In this document: positions 17,033 through 25,577 of the stretch, piece after piece
Layout of the letters: the number at the start of each line of letters is the position of its first letter
Numbering within the stretch: position 1 is the stretch's first letter
Assembly: GCA_965370205.1 (NCBI GenBank)
Contig: CBDUUJ010000002.1
Location: 1-34,945, forward strand
Reading direction: 5' to 3'
From: an uncultured bacterium
Lineage (GTDB): Bacteria; JAJVIF01; JAPKYR01
Length of the DNA: 34,945 bases
Position numbers and translations under genes: made by a program
Notes under the pieces: generated by a model
What the model saw: the letters and a program-made list of their open reading frames with translations, nothing else
Databases searched by the model: none
What the model was told of the DNA's origin: nothing

Positions 17033-18988
17033 TTAGCCGGGCAAATCATAATTGAACTCGTCAATTTGTATTGTCGTGGAGGCCGATACGGTCTCCGGGA
17101 GAGTTGTGTCGATCTTTCTGTCAGCCGGTACCCCGATGAACTCGATTACAAGCTGCCCCATGGGATGTGGTTCCGGTGTCAGGCTGAGGTTCAGATCCTG
17201 CGGGAAATGAACGTGTCCTATGTAGGTGGCGCTGTCAACCTCGGTAAGGAGTATCTCGTGGCGCCAGTAGTAGCTGTCAAGCAGGTAAACATACGGGAAT
17301 TCATAGTCGACATGACCGTCGATATCGTAATCCCAGCCGATGATATAACGGAATGGATATCCGTCATTTATCGGTGGTGAGAACGGGTCGTCCGGGTCCT
17401 CATTCGGCGGGAAATCGGTTGCGGCCAGTAAGTTGTAATGACTTCGGATGATAAAGATGATATCGCCGTGCAGAATTGGATTGGTGAACGCCCTGATGAT
17501 CATCGGATCGTTCGAGGGATTCGGTGTGTAGTTCTTCTGCAGACTCTTAAGAGCATTTATCAATCCGTGACCGCTGACCAGGTCGGCTCCAAGTTCTCCG
17601 ATAAGATCGGCGTCAGCGCCGTCAACCAGGGTCTGGATAACTTCCGACGGAACCAGGAACGGGTTCTCGCTCCATATCAGCGCGATGACACCCGTTACGC
17701 ATGCGGCGGAGAAGGATGTTCCCGAGCCGACCGCGTAACCCTGTGAGAGGGCCATCGGATAGGTAGAGACCATATCGATTCCCGGCGCCACGAAGAACGC
17801 GGCGGTATCGGGATCGGCCGATAGCGGCAGCGAATTTGAATCGGGTGAAAGCGCGTTCGCCTGATCGGTGCATCCAACCGCGATTACCCCGATATAGCTG
17901 GCCGGGTAAACCGTGGTGTTTCCGTCATCAAGCGGCCTTGCGCCGTCACCGGCAGCCGCGACAAGCAGCGCGCCATGATTGATCGCGTACTTCACCGCAT
18001 TAAGCTCCATCTGGCTCGGTCCAATGGCGTTCGGCGTTTCGTACATGTAGCTCATATTGATGATGAGCCTGGCGTTGAACGGATTGGCGAAGATGTTGCC
18101 CTCGGTGTCGTACGGGTCGAGCTTGTCCCTCTGCTCCATGAACGTGTTCATCGCGCACAGGATGCCATCTGTGGTCAGTACGCTGTTACCGTTGCCTTCC
18201 TGGTCAAGAACCTTGATCGGTATAAGCCGTGCGTTCCAGCTTACCGAGGCAATTCCGGTAGCGTTTCCGGTTCTGGCCGCGATGATACCCGCGATCATGG
18301 ATCCGTGACCATTATCGTCCTGCGGGTCGGCATCACCGTTCACAAAGTCGAAACCCGGGAGAATCTTAAAATTCTCGTACTTGTTCTCAATATCAGCCGG
18401 GTTCGGCATCAGGTCGTCGTGGAAGTAGTCGATACCCGTATCGAGAACGGCCACGGCGACATCACTCGCCTGTGGCACCGGCTCAATTGAAGGGTCCCCT
18501 GGCTCGATTACCCATGCCTCGGGGACATCCATGTTCTCAAGGTACCACTGTTCGCCGGCCAGAAAATTTGGATCGTTTGGCTCCACACGGAGCGCGCACA
18601 TCGATGTGCGGAAAATCGGCTCGGCAACAGCTACCCTTTCATCCTCACGCAGTTCCGCCACTGTTAATGCCAGATCGGCGCCGGGTGAAAGAGCAAAATG
18701 ATAGAAATCAATAAATTCCTTGTAGTCGATTAAAGTGAGGTTCCACTCTTCGACAATGGCGTCGATGTCCTCACCTTCAACTAATTGGAGTGAAAGTTCG
18801 CCTGGAACGATCCGATCAGCGGTATCCAGCTCGCGTATTGCAGCTTCGATCTGGCTTGCAGTGAGAGAAGTTCCTATCACTGTCTCCAGTCCGCGCTCAG
18901 GGACCGAAGGTCCGTTTGCGGTGCAACCCGCGGTCAGAAGTATTGCGACCGGGATCATCAGGAGGATTACACGTATACAGGGGATCAA
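17033..18988 (-). CDS. Subtilisin-like serine protease (peptidase S8), probable lipoprotein
   Basis: Catalytic triad contexts: VAVLDTGID (Asp), HGSMIAGIIAA (His) and GTSFSAACVTG (Ser). The track ORF starts at GTG 19045. I prefer the TTG at 18988, which has GGAGG 7 nt upstream (18996-19000) and gives (M)IPCIRVILLMIPVAILLTAGC, a signal peptide with a lipobox. Confidence 0.9.
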   Translation of the reverse strand: MIPCIRVILLMIPVAILLTAGCTANGPSVPERGLETVIGTSLTASQIEAAIRELDTADRIVPGELSLQLVEGEDIDAIVEEWNLTLIDYKEFIDFYHFALSPGADLALTVAELREDERVAVAEPIFRTSMCALRVEPNDPNFLAGEQWYLENMDVPEAWVIEPGDPSIEPVPQASDVAVAVLDTGIDYFHDDLMPNPADIENKYENFKILPGFDFVNGDADPQDDNGHGSMIAGIIAARTGNATGIASVSWNARLIPIKVLDQEGNGNSVLTTDGILCAMNTFMEQRDKLDPYDTEGNIFANPFNARLIINMSYMYETPNAIGPSQMELNAVKYAINHGALLVAAAGDGARPLDDGNTTVYPASYIGVIAVGCTDQANALSPDSNSLPLSADPDTAAFFVAPGIDMVSTYPMALSQGYAVGSGTSFSAACVTGVIALIWSENPFLVPSEVIQTLVDGADADLIGELGADLVSGHGLINALKSLQKNYTPNPSNDPMIIRAFTNPILHGDIIFIIRSHYNLLAATDFPPNEDPDDPFSPPINDGYPFRYIIGWDYDIDGHVDYEFPYVYLLDSYYWRHEILLTEVDSATYIGHVHFPQDLNLSLTPEPHPMGQLVIEFIGVPADRKIDTTLPETVSASTTIQIDEFNYDLPG

Positions 18989-19566
18989 GGCCTGGCCTCC
19001 ATCTTCTTTTGATCTTGCGTAATGTTCCCGCCCAAATCTTGCCACTCACCATCCTTATGGACAACTCCATACGGCATACGTTGCCAGATAGCAGCACACG
19101 TCTAAATACGCCGAACAGCGGCCACTGATGTGAGGGCCAAAGTAAGACAGTGAGTATACCGACGGGTCTGGTGAAAGTCAACCGAAACCGTCCTTCTATA
19201 TTTCATATGCCAACACTCCGGCCTTCGATTGTATGAGCTTAACGGCAAGCTACAAATAGATACCATAATATTCAATTAGTGTCAAGGGCTTAATGCATGG
19301 TTTCCATTTAAAAAAACAAAAAAAATCACGTGATGTTCGTTTCTGAAATTGGGCTGAGTAACCTGTACTGTCATCTGATAACACGGAATTCGCCCTTTTT
19401 TCCGTTCCGATGTTCTGTACACTTCGATCATCGCGATACTATGTATGCGACATTGGCGGTTTATTGACTGATTGAAAAATCATTTCCCGACATGGCTGCT
19501 ATTGTTTGCGTACGTTAAGACCTTTATAATTAGTTGTGAAGCGGAGTGAACCTGTATCTCTCCAAA

Positions 19567-21252
19567 ATGAAAATCGGACTGAAAATTGCCCCAAGACAAA
19601 TCCAGACTCTGAAGCCGACACTGCAACAGCTTCAGTACTACCGCCTTCTCCAGCAGACCAACCTCGAGCTTGAGCTGGATATCCGCGAGGAGGTTTCCCA
19701 GAATCCCGCTCTGGAAGTTGAAGAGATCCGCCGATGCCCCCAATGCGGAGAGATTCTCCTTGACGGACAACCGTGCGTTACATGTATGTCCAGAAAAGCT
19801 GAGGATGCGGACCGGGAAAAAATCCAGACCGAAAAACTCGACATGATGGAGGAGATATATAACTCCTCGCAGGGGCAGTACGAGGCAAGCACATATGAGG
19901 CGGTTCCGGATGACGAACTTCCCGATACATTCGCCACCGTTGTCCGTTCCATCACTCTCGAAGACCATCTCAAGCGTCGTCTTGCGATCGACTTAATCGA
20001 CCTGAGTGACGATGACTCTTTCATCGCCGAGGAGCTTATAGATCGAATCGACTCGGGTATGTACACGCGTACATCGGATGTAGAAGAGGATTTCGAGCGT
20101 GCCGCGATAAAACGATCCAGAATCGACAATCCGGGATTTATCCGCGCGACCGACGAGGAGCTTGCCGGGGAATTCAACATTTCCATTGAACGTCTGGGGA
20201 AAATAAGACGGCGGATCGCAGAGATCGATCCTGTTGGAAGCGGCCTGCAAAGCTCAATCGAGGTCCTCGCGTTCCAGGCTGAGATATCCGGGGACCTTCC
20301 CGATGACGAACGTGTCGCCCTCGCTGAAATCATTCGCGAGCACCTTAAAGACATCACAAGAGAGCACTTCGCGCGGGTCGGCAAGAAAGTCGGGCTTCCC
20401 GCGAAACGAGTGAAAGAACTCATCGAATACATGCGTCGCAATTTCCATATTCACCCGCGACGCAGATTCGAGGAACAGGAAACAAACGCCGCGACTGAAA
20501 ACCCGTATATTTCCGCCGACGTTCGGATACGCGAGATCGACGGTAAATACATTGTCGAAATTCTGGACTCGGGTCTTCCGCAGTTGAAGATCAACAGGTT
20601 CTACGTGGAGAGTTACCGAAGATTAAAAAAAGACCGCAATTCGTTCAATGCAGATGAGCGAAAACATATCAGGGAATATTTCGAGCGCGCGAGCGGTTAT
20701 ATCGAAAACCTGAACTCGCGGCGAAACACGATGCTCGAAATCACCGAGGAGATAATCAGGCAGCAGGAGGGGTTCCTGCGAAAGGGTCCGCTGTACCTGA
20801 AAAAACTGACTCGTAAACAGGTGGCGGAGACAATCGGCGTGCACCCGTCCACGGTCAGTCGCGCACTCGCGGTGAGATACTGCTGGCTTCCCGATAACTC
20901 CATCGTCTCGTTCAACGTTTTTTTCAATCCGTCCGCATGCTATATCGAAATGATAAAGCAGATTCTCCAGGACGAGACTCCGGAGAAGGTTTTCTCGGAC
21001 GAGGAAATCCGCGACAGAATGGCTGAGCAGGGGCACGATCTGTCGAGGCGTGTAATAACCAAGTACCGCAAGAAGGGCCGCATACCGCCGTCGGGCCGCA
21101 GAAAACGCATATTGATGAAAGAATGGACCGATCAGAAGGAAGAACTCGCTATTCAGACAGAGGAAGCTGAAGAATCTGTAGACGATGAAGAGATCATTCT
21201 TGGAATGGAAATCGAGAATGATCAAGACATCCAGGAGGAGCATGTTAATTAA
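19567..21252 (+). CDS. rpoN: RNA polymerase sigma-54 factor
   Basis: Region I: MKIGLKIAPRQIQTLKPTLQQLQYYRLLQQTNLELELDIREEVSQNPALEV. HTH: QVAETIGVHPSTVSRAL. RpoN-box-like: RRVITKYRKK. The ATG at 19567 gives the canonical MK.GL N-terminus; the track uses the GTG at 19546. Confidence 0.9.
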   Translation: MKIGLKIAPRQIQTLKPTLQQLQYYRLLQQTNLELELDIREEVSQNPALEVEEIRRCPQCGEILLDGQPCVTCMSRKAEDADREKIQTEKLDMMEEIYNSSQGQYEASTYEAVPDDELPDTFATVVRSITLEDHLKRRLAIDLIDLSDDDSFIAEELIDRIDSGMYTRTSDVEEDFERAAIKRSRIDNPGFIRATDEELAGEFNISIERLGKIRRRIAEIDPVGSGLQSSIEVLAFQAEISGDLPDDERVALAEIIREHLKDITREHFARVGKKVGLPAKRVKELIEYMRRNFHIHPRRRFEEQETNAATENPYISADVRIREIDGKYIVEILDSGLPQLKINRFYVESYRRLKKDRNSFNADERKHIREYFERASGYIENLNSRRNTMLEITEEIIRQQEGFLRKGPLYLKKLTRKQVAETIGVHPSTVSRALAVRYCWLPDNSIVSFNVFFNPSACYIEMIKQILQDETPEKVFSDEEIRDRMAEQGHDLSRRVITKYRKKGRIPPSGRRKRILMKEWTDQKEELAIQTEEAEESVDDEEIILGMEIENDQDIQEEHVN

Positions 21253-21261
21253 TAAGTAATT

Positions 21262-21291
21262 TTGACTTGAGGCATTTAAATAGAATATAAT
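21262..21291 (+). promoter_or_regulatory. Near-consensus sigma-70 promoter at the left edge of the low-GC island
   Basis: TTGACT (21262-21267), an 18-nt spacer, then TATAAT (21286-21291). It sits about 58 nt upstream of the ATG at 21349. Confidence 0.5.
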
Positions 21292-21348
21292 CTCAGTCAG
21301 GTAATGGAAGCTAGGTGAGGACTGGAGACTGGATATAAGTTTAAACCT

Positions 21349-22044
21349 ATGGGGCAAAAAATTTCTGTAATTGAATCCAGTCGTCAAAGGCGGGAAGGAC
21401 CTGAAGAAGAATTAATTCAAAAATTTCTTGCTTCGGTAAAATTTTACGTGCCGCATGGCTGTGCACTTACATTTTTTAAATAGCCATCTCTCGATTCTGG
21501 TTTTCCAGACCTAGTTGCCGTAATTTGGAGGATTACTATAGCTCGCAAATGGCCAAACGAGCGAAACGATATAACCTCAAAAGATATCCGGATTTTACAC
21601 TATCTAGCTACAAATGGACCCTCTGAAATAAACCAGCTACAACAAATATTTAGGGATCCAATAATGGGCAACATTAACCAGCTTAAGAAAGCAAAACTGG
21701 TTGTTCAGAATAATACTTCTCTCAAAGCGAAGCCACTAAAGACAATATTCGCTGTTCGAAACATTATTGCAATCGAAGCTAAAATTCGAGATTGGAAAAG
21801 AGCTCTACATCAAGCATGGCTGAATCAGTGGTTTTGTTCAGAGTCTTATATTCTTATACCACATATGCCAAAAGGGACTCAGCTTACCGATTCAGCAAAA
21901 AAAACGGGAATAGGGATTTATGTAATGAGTGACGATGTGCAACAATGGATTCTAAAAATTAATAATAATCTCCCAAAGTCATACGCTTCCTGGCTTTTCA
22001 ATGAATGGGCATGGAAAACTGCTCACTCATCTGGGATAATCTAA
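21349..22044 (+). pseudogene. Interrupted ORF (one in-frame TAG at 21481-21483) with weak PD-(D/E)xK-like motifs around a wHTH-like segment; only 21664..22044 has a canonical start
   Basis: My frame-1 translation reads: MGQKISVIESSRQRREGPEEELIQKFLASVKFYVPHGCALTFFK * PSLDSGFPDLVAVIWRITIARKWPNERNDITSKDIRILHYLATNGPSEINQLQQIFRDPIMGNINQLKK...IIAIEAKIRDWKRALHQAWLNQWFCSESYILIP... There is no ATG/GTG/TTG between 21484 and 21663. FPDLVAV and AIEAK look like PD and ExK nuclease motifs. ILHYLATNGPSEINQL looks like a wHTH. The fold assignment is weak. Confidence 0.5.
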
Positions 22045-22059
22045 GGAAAATAGAGGGAG

Positions 22060-22902
22060 ATGATGGATCTAACTTGGCTTGAAAATCAATTCCCGTATTT
22101 ATCCTCAATTGCACCTCTAGCAAAGGGAGGGCAAAAATTTGTCTTTTCTGCAATACATCCAGATGAAGGAAATGTCGTTCTTAAGCTAATTCTAGGTTCT
22201 GATAATATTGAGCGAGTTCCACGAGAAAAACTAGCTGTACAACGTGTCAATTCTCCTCGCGTGCCTCGCATCATCGATACAGGAACTGGAAGTACTCCCC
22301 TCGCTCCTTGTGTGTGGATTCTTGAGCAATGCATTCTTGGTGAGAATCTTAGGGAAATCCTCAATAAAGGTATTTTTCATGTAGATGATCTTGTTCGTTT
22401 AGGCATACAAATGCTGGAAGCTTTAGTAGATGCAGAGAAGGAGAAAGTAGTACACAGGGACATCAAACCTGAAAACATAATTATGGATCAATCTGGTAGC
22501 TTCTGGCTTCTTGATTTTGGATTGGCTCGTCTACTTGACCTTGAGTCGCTTACTCCGACTGGAAATCCATTCGGTGTCGGGACCCTGGGTTACTGTGCAC
22601 CAGAGCAACTACGAAACAGAAAGAAAGATATCGATTCAAGGACAGATTTATTTTCCATTGGCATAGTTCTTTATGAGTGTGCTACTGGTGTGAATCCTTT
22701 TCGTGATGGAGCACGAGATCCACTTGAGATAGCTGATCGGACTGAGAATCAGCCATTGCCACCATTGCGTCTGTCCTGTGACTCTAAAGGTGAATTGCAG
22801 GATTTTATTGCAGCACTGACACAAAAATTTCAGGATCAACGACCACGAAATGCGGCGGAAGCTCTTGATTGGATGAAGGAAATAGAGGATTCACTTAAGT
22901 AA
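22060..22902 (+). CDS. Hanks-type Ser/Thr protein kinase, catalytic domain only
   Basis: Motifs: G-loop-like LAKGGQKFVF, VVLK (Lys42), HRDIKPEN (Asp134, Asn139), DFG (152-154), GTLGYCAPE and DLFSIGIVLYE. At 280 aa there is no room for sensor, TM or PASTA domains. GAGGGAG lies directly upstream, and the gene starts 15 nt after the previous stop. Confidence 0.9.
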   Translation: MMDLTWLENQFPYLSSIAPLAKGGQKFVFSAIHPDEGNVVLKLILGSDNIERVPREKLAVQRVNSPRVPRIIDTGTGSTPLAPCVWILEQCILGENLREILNKGIFHVDDLVRLGIQMLEALVDAEKEKVVHRDIKPENIIMDQSGSFWLLDFGLARLLDLESLTPTGNPFGVGTLGYCAPEQLRNRKKDIDSRTDLFSIGIVLYECATGVNPFRDGARDPLEIADRTENQPLPPLRLSCDSKGELQDFIAALTQKFQDQRPRNAAEALDWMKEIEDSLK

Positions 22903-22984
22903 CATAAAAATGCAATTCGGAATTTCAAGTTTGAATGTATTGCGTTTACCTTATATGTAAATAAGTAGACATTAGGAGTAATAG

Positions 22985-24202
22985 ATGGACCTTTATCTGC
23001 AATTTGGCTGGGGAATGATGGAGCACTGTCGGGCTCTTATTAGCGAATGGAACGGTGGAACCGTGGTCCTTAGTCCGCGGGACCTTGAACCTGAACAACT
23101 GGTTCGTTTCTCGGAAGACATTCGGGAATTGCCGGGCGGACAAATTCTGTTTGACCCACAGTTTTTTCTGCCAAGGTGTGACCATTCCAGACTAACAAGA
23201 CATGCTTTCTGGCCAGACAACTACGATTCAGGAACTTATTTGCATGGTGAAGGACAAGCCAGATTGCTTAATGATTTAATCAACCTGAATGCTGAGCTCG
23301 GATGCGAGAAATTTATTTTACCAGGTCTTCTTGGAAGCAGAGTGAATGATCTCTGGCTGGAATTTCATTCCAGTTGTATTAATACTGTTAAAACACTTGG
23401 ATCAGATATACCTTTGTTAGTGACTCTAGCATTAGAATCAAGCGCTGTTAGCGATCCAGATCAAATCCATGACCTTTTAACCGTTGCTGAGGATTGGGAT
23501 GTTGATGGATATTACATTGTATGTGAACATCCGAATGGAAGTTACCTCGTTGATGAACCACTATGGTTGGCGAATATTCTTGATTTAACAGCAGGCCTAA
23601 GAATCATGGGTAAAAAAGTAATTCTAGGCTATTGCAATCATCAGATGTTAATTGCTGCAAATTCATTGACAAACGCTATTTGTTCAGGTACCTGGATGAA
23701 TGTTCGTTCATTCCCCCCTGCGAAGTTTTTTTCAGAATATCAAGAAGAAATCAGGAAGCGTAGTATTTGGATCTACAGTCCAGATACTCTGACAGAATAC
23801 AAAATCCCATTTCTTGATATAGCATGGAGGCAAAGGATTCTACACCTTATCAATCCTAACCCTGAGTATGAAAGCGAATATGTTGAAAGTATTTTTTCTG
23901 AAGTACAACCAACAACCGTTGGGTTGTCAGAACGGGATGCTTTTCGTCATTATCTGCATTGCCTTAGAAAACAGGTTCTTGAAGCAACACATAAGACATT
24001 TATGGAAACAGTCGAATTCCATGAATCGATTCTTAAAAAAGCTGAAGCGTTGTTAATTGATTTAAAAAAGAAAGGCGTTACAGGACAAAATAGAGACTTT
24101 TCTGATATTATTGACGTCAATCGATCGGCTCTTGCTGTTCTTGAGAGCAATCGCGGAGCCATGCTTAGACGGAAATGGACAAATCTTTGGGATGAAAAAT
24201 AA
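22985..24202 (+). CDS. Hypothetical 405-aa protein; the N-terminal ~240 aa alternate strand and helix (barrel-like), and the C-terminal ~150 aa are helical
   Basis: AGGAG lies 7 nt upstream. Candidate strands: LYLQFGWG, TVVLSPRD, ILFDPQFF, KFILPGLL, LLVTLALE, GYYIVCEH, KVILGYCN and NAICSGTW, each followed by an amphipathic helix. I recognise no catalytic signature, and there is no CxCxxC zinc site as in TGT enzymes. Confidence 0.8.
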   Translation: MDLYLQFGWGMMEHCRALISEWNGGTVVLSPRDLEPEQLVRFSEDIRELPGGQILFDPQFFLPRCDHSRLTRHAFWPDNYDSGTYLHGEGQARLLNDLINLNAELGCEKFILPGLLGSRVNDLWLEFHSSCINTVKTLGSDIPLLVTLALESSAVSDPDQIHDLLTVAEDWDVDGYYIVCEHPNGSYLVDEPLWLANILDLTAGLRIMGKKVILGYCNHQMLIAANSLTNAICSGTWMNVRSFPPAKFFSEYQEEIRKRSIWIYSPDTLTEYKIPFLDIAWRQRILHLINPNPEYESEYVESIFSEVQPTTVGLSERDAFRHYLHCLRKQVLEATHKTFMETVEFHESILKKAEALLIDLKKKGVTGQNRDFSDIIDVNRSALAVLESNRGAMLRRKWTNLWDEK

Positions 24203-24228
24203 ATAGTCAGTTTAATATGCATAAATAA

Positions 24229-24258
24229 CGCGCCCTTGTTACAGGGCGCGTCGTTTTG
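24229..24258 (+). terminator. Rho-independent terminator closing the island (usable from both strands)
   Basis: ACGCGCCC-ttgttaca-GGGCGCGT followed by CGTTTT. On the minus strand the same stem is followed by TATTTAT, downstream of the HD-GYP gene. A second small hairpin, ATCTCCACG-aat-CGTGGAGAT, lies at 24275-24295. Confidence 0.75.
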
Positions 24259-24296
24259 AGATACGATCGAGGAATCTCCACGAATCGTGGAGATCA

Positions 24297-25457
24297 TCAG
24301 TCGCTCATTTCATCCCCGTCGTAATTCTCCCCCTCAACAAGCTCACAGGATATGGATTCAGCACTGATTTCGCCGCTGTCGATACCCAGCAGGTCGATCC
24401 CTGCGCTCTCGTTCGAGGCCATCGGCGCGAGGAGATTGCAGAGGGTCTCGACAATTTCCGGATCGAACTGAGTCCCTGCATTCCTCCGAAGCTCCTCGAA
24501 AGCCTCTTCCGGCGGAAGACTTCTCCGATACGGTCTCTCGTTCGTCATCGCGTCATATGCGTCCGCGACGAATGTTATTTTTACCTCAATGGGAATCTCA
24601 TCGCCCGTGAGGCCATCCGGATATCCCTTCCCGTCGATCCGCTCGTGATGCCATCTCACGATCTGCCGTGGGATTTTAAACAGCGGATGCTGCATGGGTT
24701 TGAGAATTTCCTCGCCGATCACCGGGTGACGCATCACAATCTTGAATTCTTCAGGAGTCAGATCACGGGGTTTTTTCAGGATATCGTCCGGCACACCGAT
24801 CTTGCCGATGTCATGCATCATCGCGCCGATCTCGACCGCCTGAATCCTCTTCGGCTCAAGTCCGACCTTTCGAGCGATCGCGACGGCATAGGCGGTCACC
24901 ATGTTTGAATGTCCCCTGGTGAACGAGTCCTTAGCCTCAAGCGCGACCGCCAGGGTCTCGATCGCGTCGAGATAATTCGAGAGGAGAATTTCCTGAAGTA
25001 CCGCGCTCTCGAAAATGGGAATCAGATAGTGCGTGAGTGCGAGGAGTTCGTTGAAATGCCCCTCGCGGACCCCTTCTCCATCTGTCCCGGCCAGAACCAG
25101 TCCGCCAAGGTACTCATTATTTTTTACAAACGGAATACCGACGATGGAATACTGCATCTCGCCGGGAATATAATTCGAATACTCGACCGGAACGCAGACA
25201 GGAACACGATCCTCCGCAAGCTGCTCGAAAATCGAGTCCACGACCGGATTGTTCCGCCCCCGACTGACCGCAATCGGTTCCATGTATCGATCCGCGATGT
25301 AATGGTAGAGGCGTATAAATCCGCTGCCGGTTGTCAGCCGGTTATTGATATACTCCAGAAGATCGCCGAAACCCTCGCGCCAGTTAACGGCCTGGGATAT
25401 CTTCTCGGCGATGAAGTCAATCATCTCACTAGAATTTAACGTGTTCGGTTTTACCAT
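24297..25457 (-). CDS. HD-GYP domain c-di-GMP phosphodiesterase with an N-terminal GAF-like domain
   Basis: HDIGKIGVPDDIL and HHERIDGKGYPDGL are the HD and GYP signatures. About 170 aa of sensory region lie N-terminal to them. Confidence 0.85.
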   Translation of the reverse strand: MVKPNTLNSSEMIDFIAEKISQAVNWREGFGDLLEYINNRLTTGSGFIRLYHYIADRYMEPIAVSRGRNNPVVDSIFEQLAEDRVPVCVPVEYSNYIPGEMQYSIVGIPFVKNNEYLGGLVLAGTDGEGVREGHFNELLALTHYLIPIFESAVLQEILLSNYLDAIETLAVALEAKDSFTRGHSNMVTAYAVAIARKVGLEPKRIQAVEIGAMMHDIGKIGVPDDILKKPRDLTPEEFKIVMRHPVIGEEILKPMQHPLFKIPRQIVRWHHERIDGKGYPDGLTGDEIPIEVKITFVADAYDAMTNERPYRRSLPPEEAFEELRRNAGTQFDPEIVETLCNLLAPMASNESAGIDLLGIDSGEISAESISCELVEGENYDGDEMSD

Positions 25458-25577
25458 AATCGCGCCGGTCAGAAACGTATTGGTCTCGCATCAGTAATAC
25501 TATCGGGGATATGCGCCGGGATGTGATTTATCAGGATATAAGAGGCTGATAACGATTATAGGATTTTTAATAAAAAA

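Noticed and set aside
19326-19335. Perfect 10-bp palindrome ATCACGTGAT after an A-rich run in the S8/rpoN intergenic region
   Set aside because: It is too short and isolated to interpret. No second copy or partner motif occurs in the window.
19638-21387. Long minus-strand ORFs (19638..20441, 267 aa; 20623..21387, 254 aa) and 19480..19968
   Set aside because: They are antisense to rpoN, have S/R-rich low-complexity translations, and show no motifs or ribosome-binding sites.
21253-24296. Island as an integrated prophage remnant or transposon
   Set aside because: I could find no integrase, transposase, flanking direct repeats or adjacent tRNA. Only the composition shift and the self-contained promoter and terminator support foreign origin, so I describe it as an island of unknown mobility.
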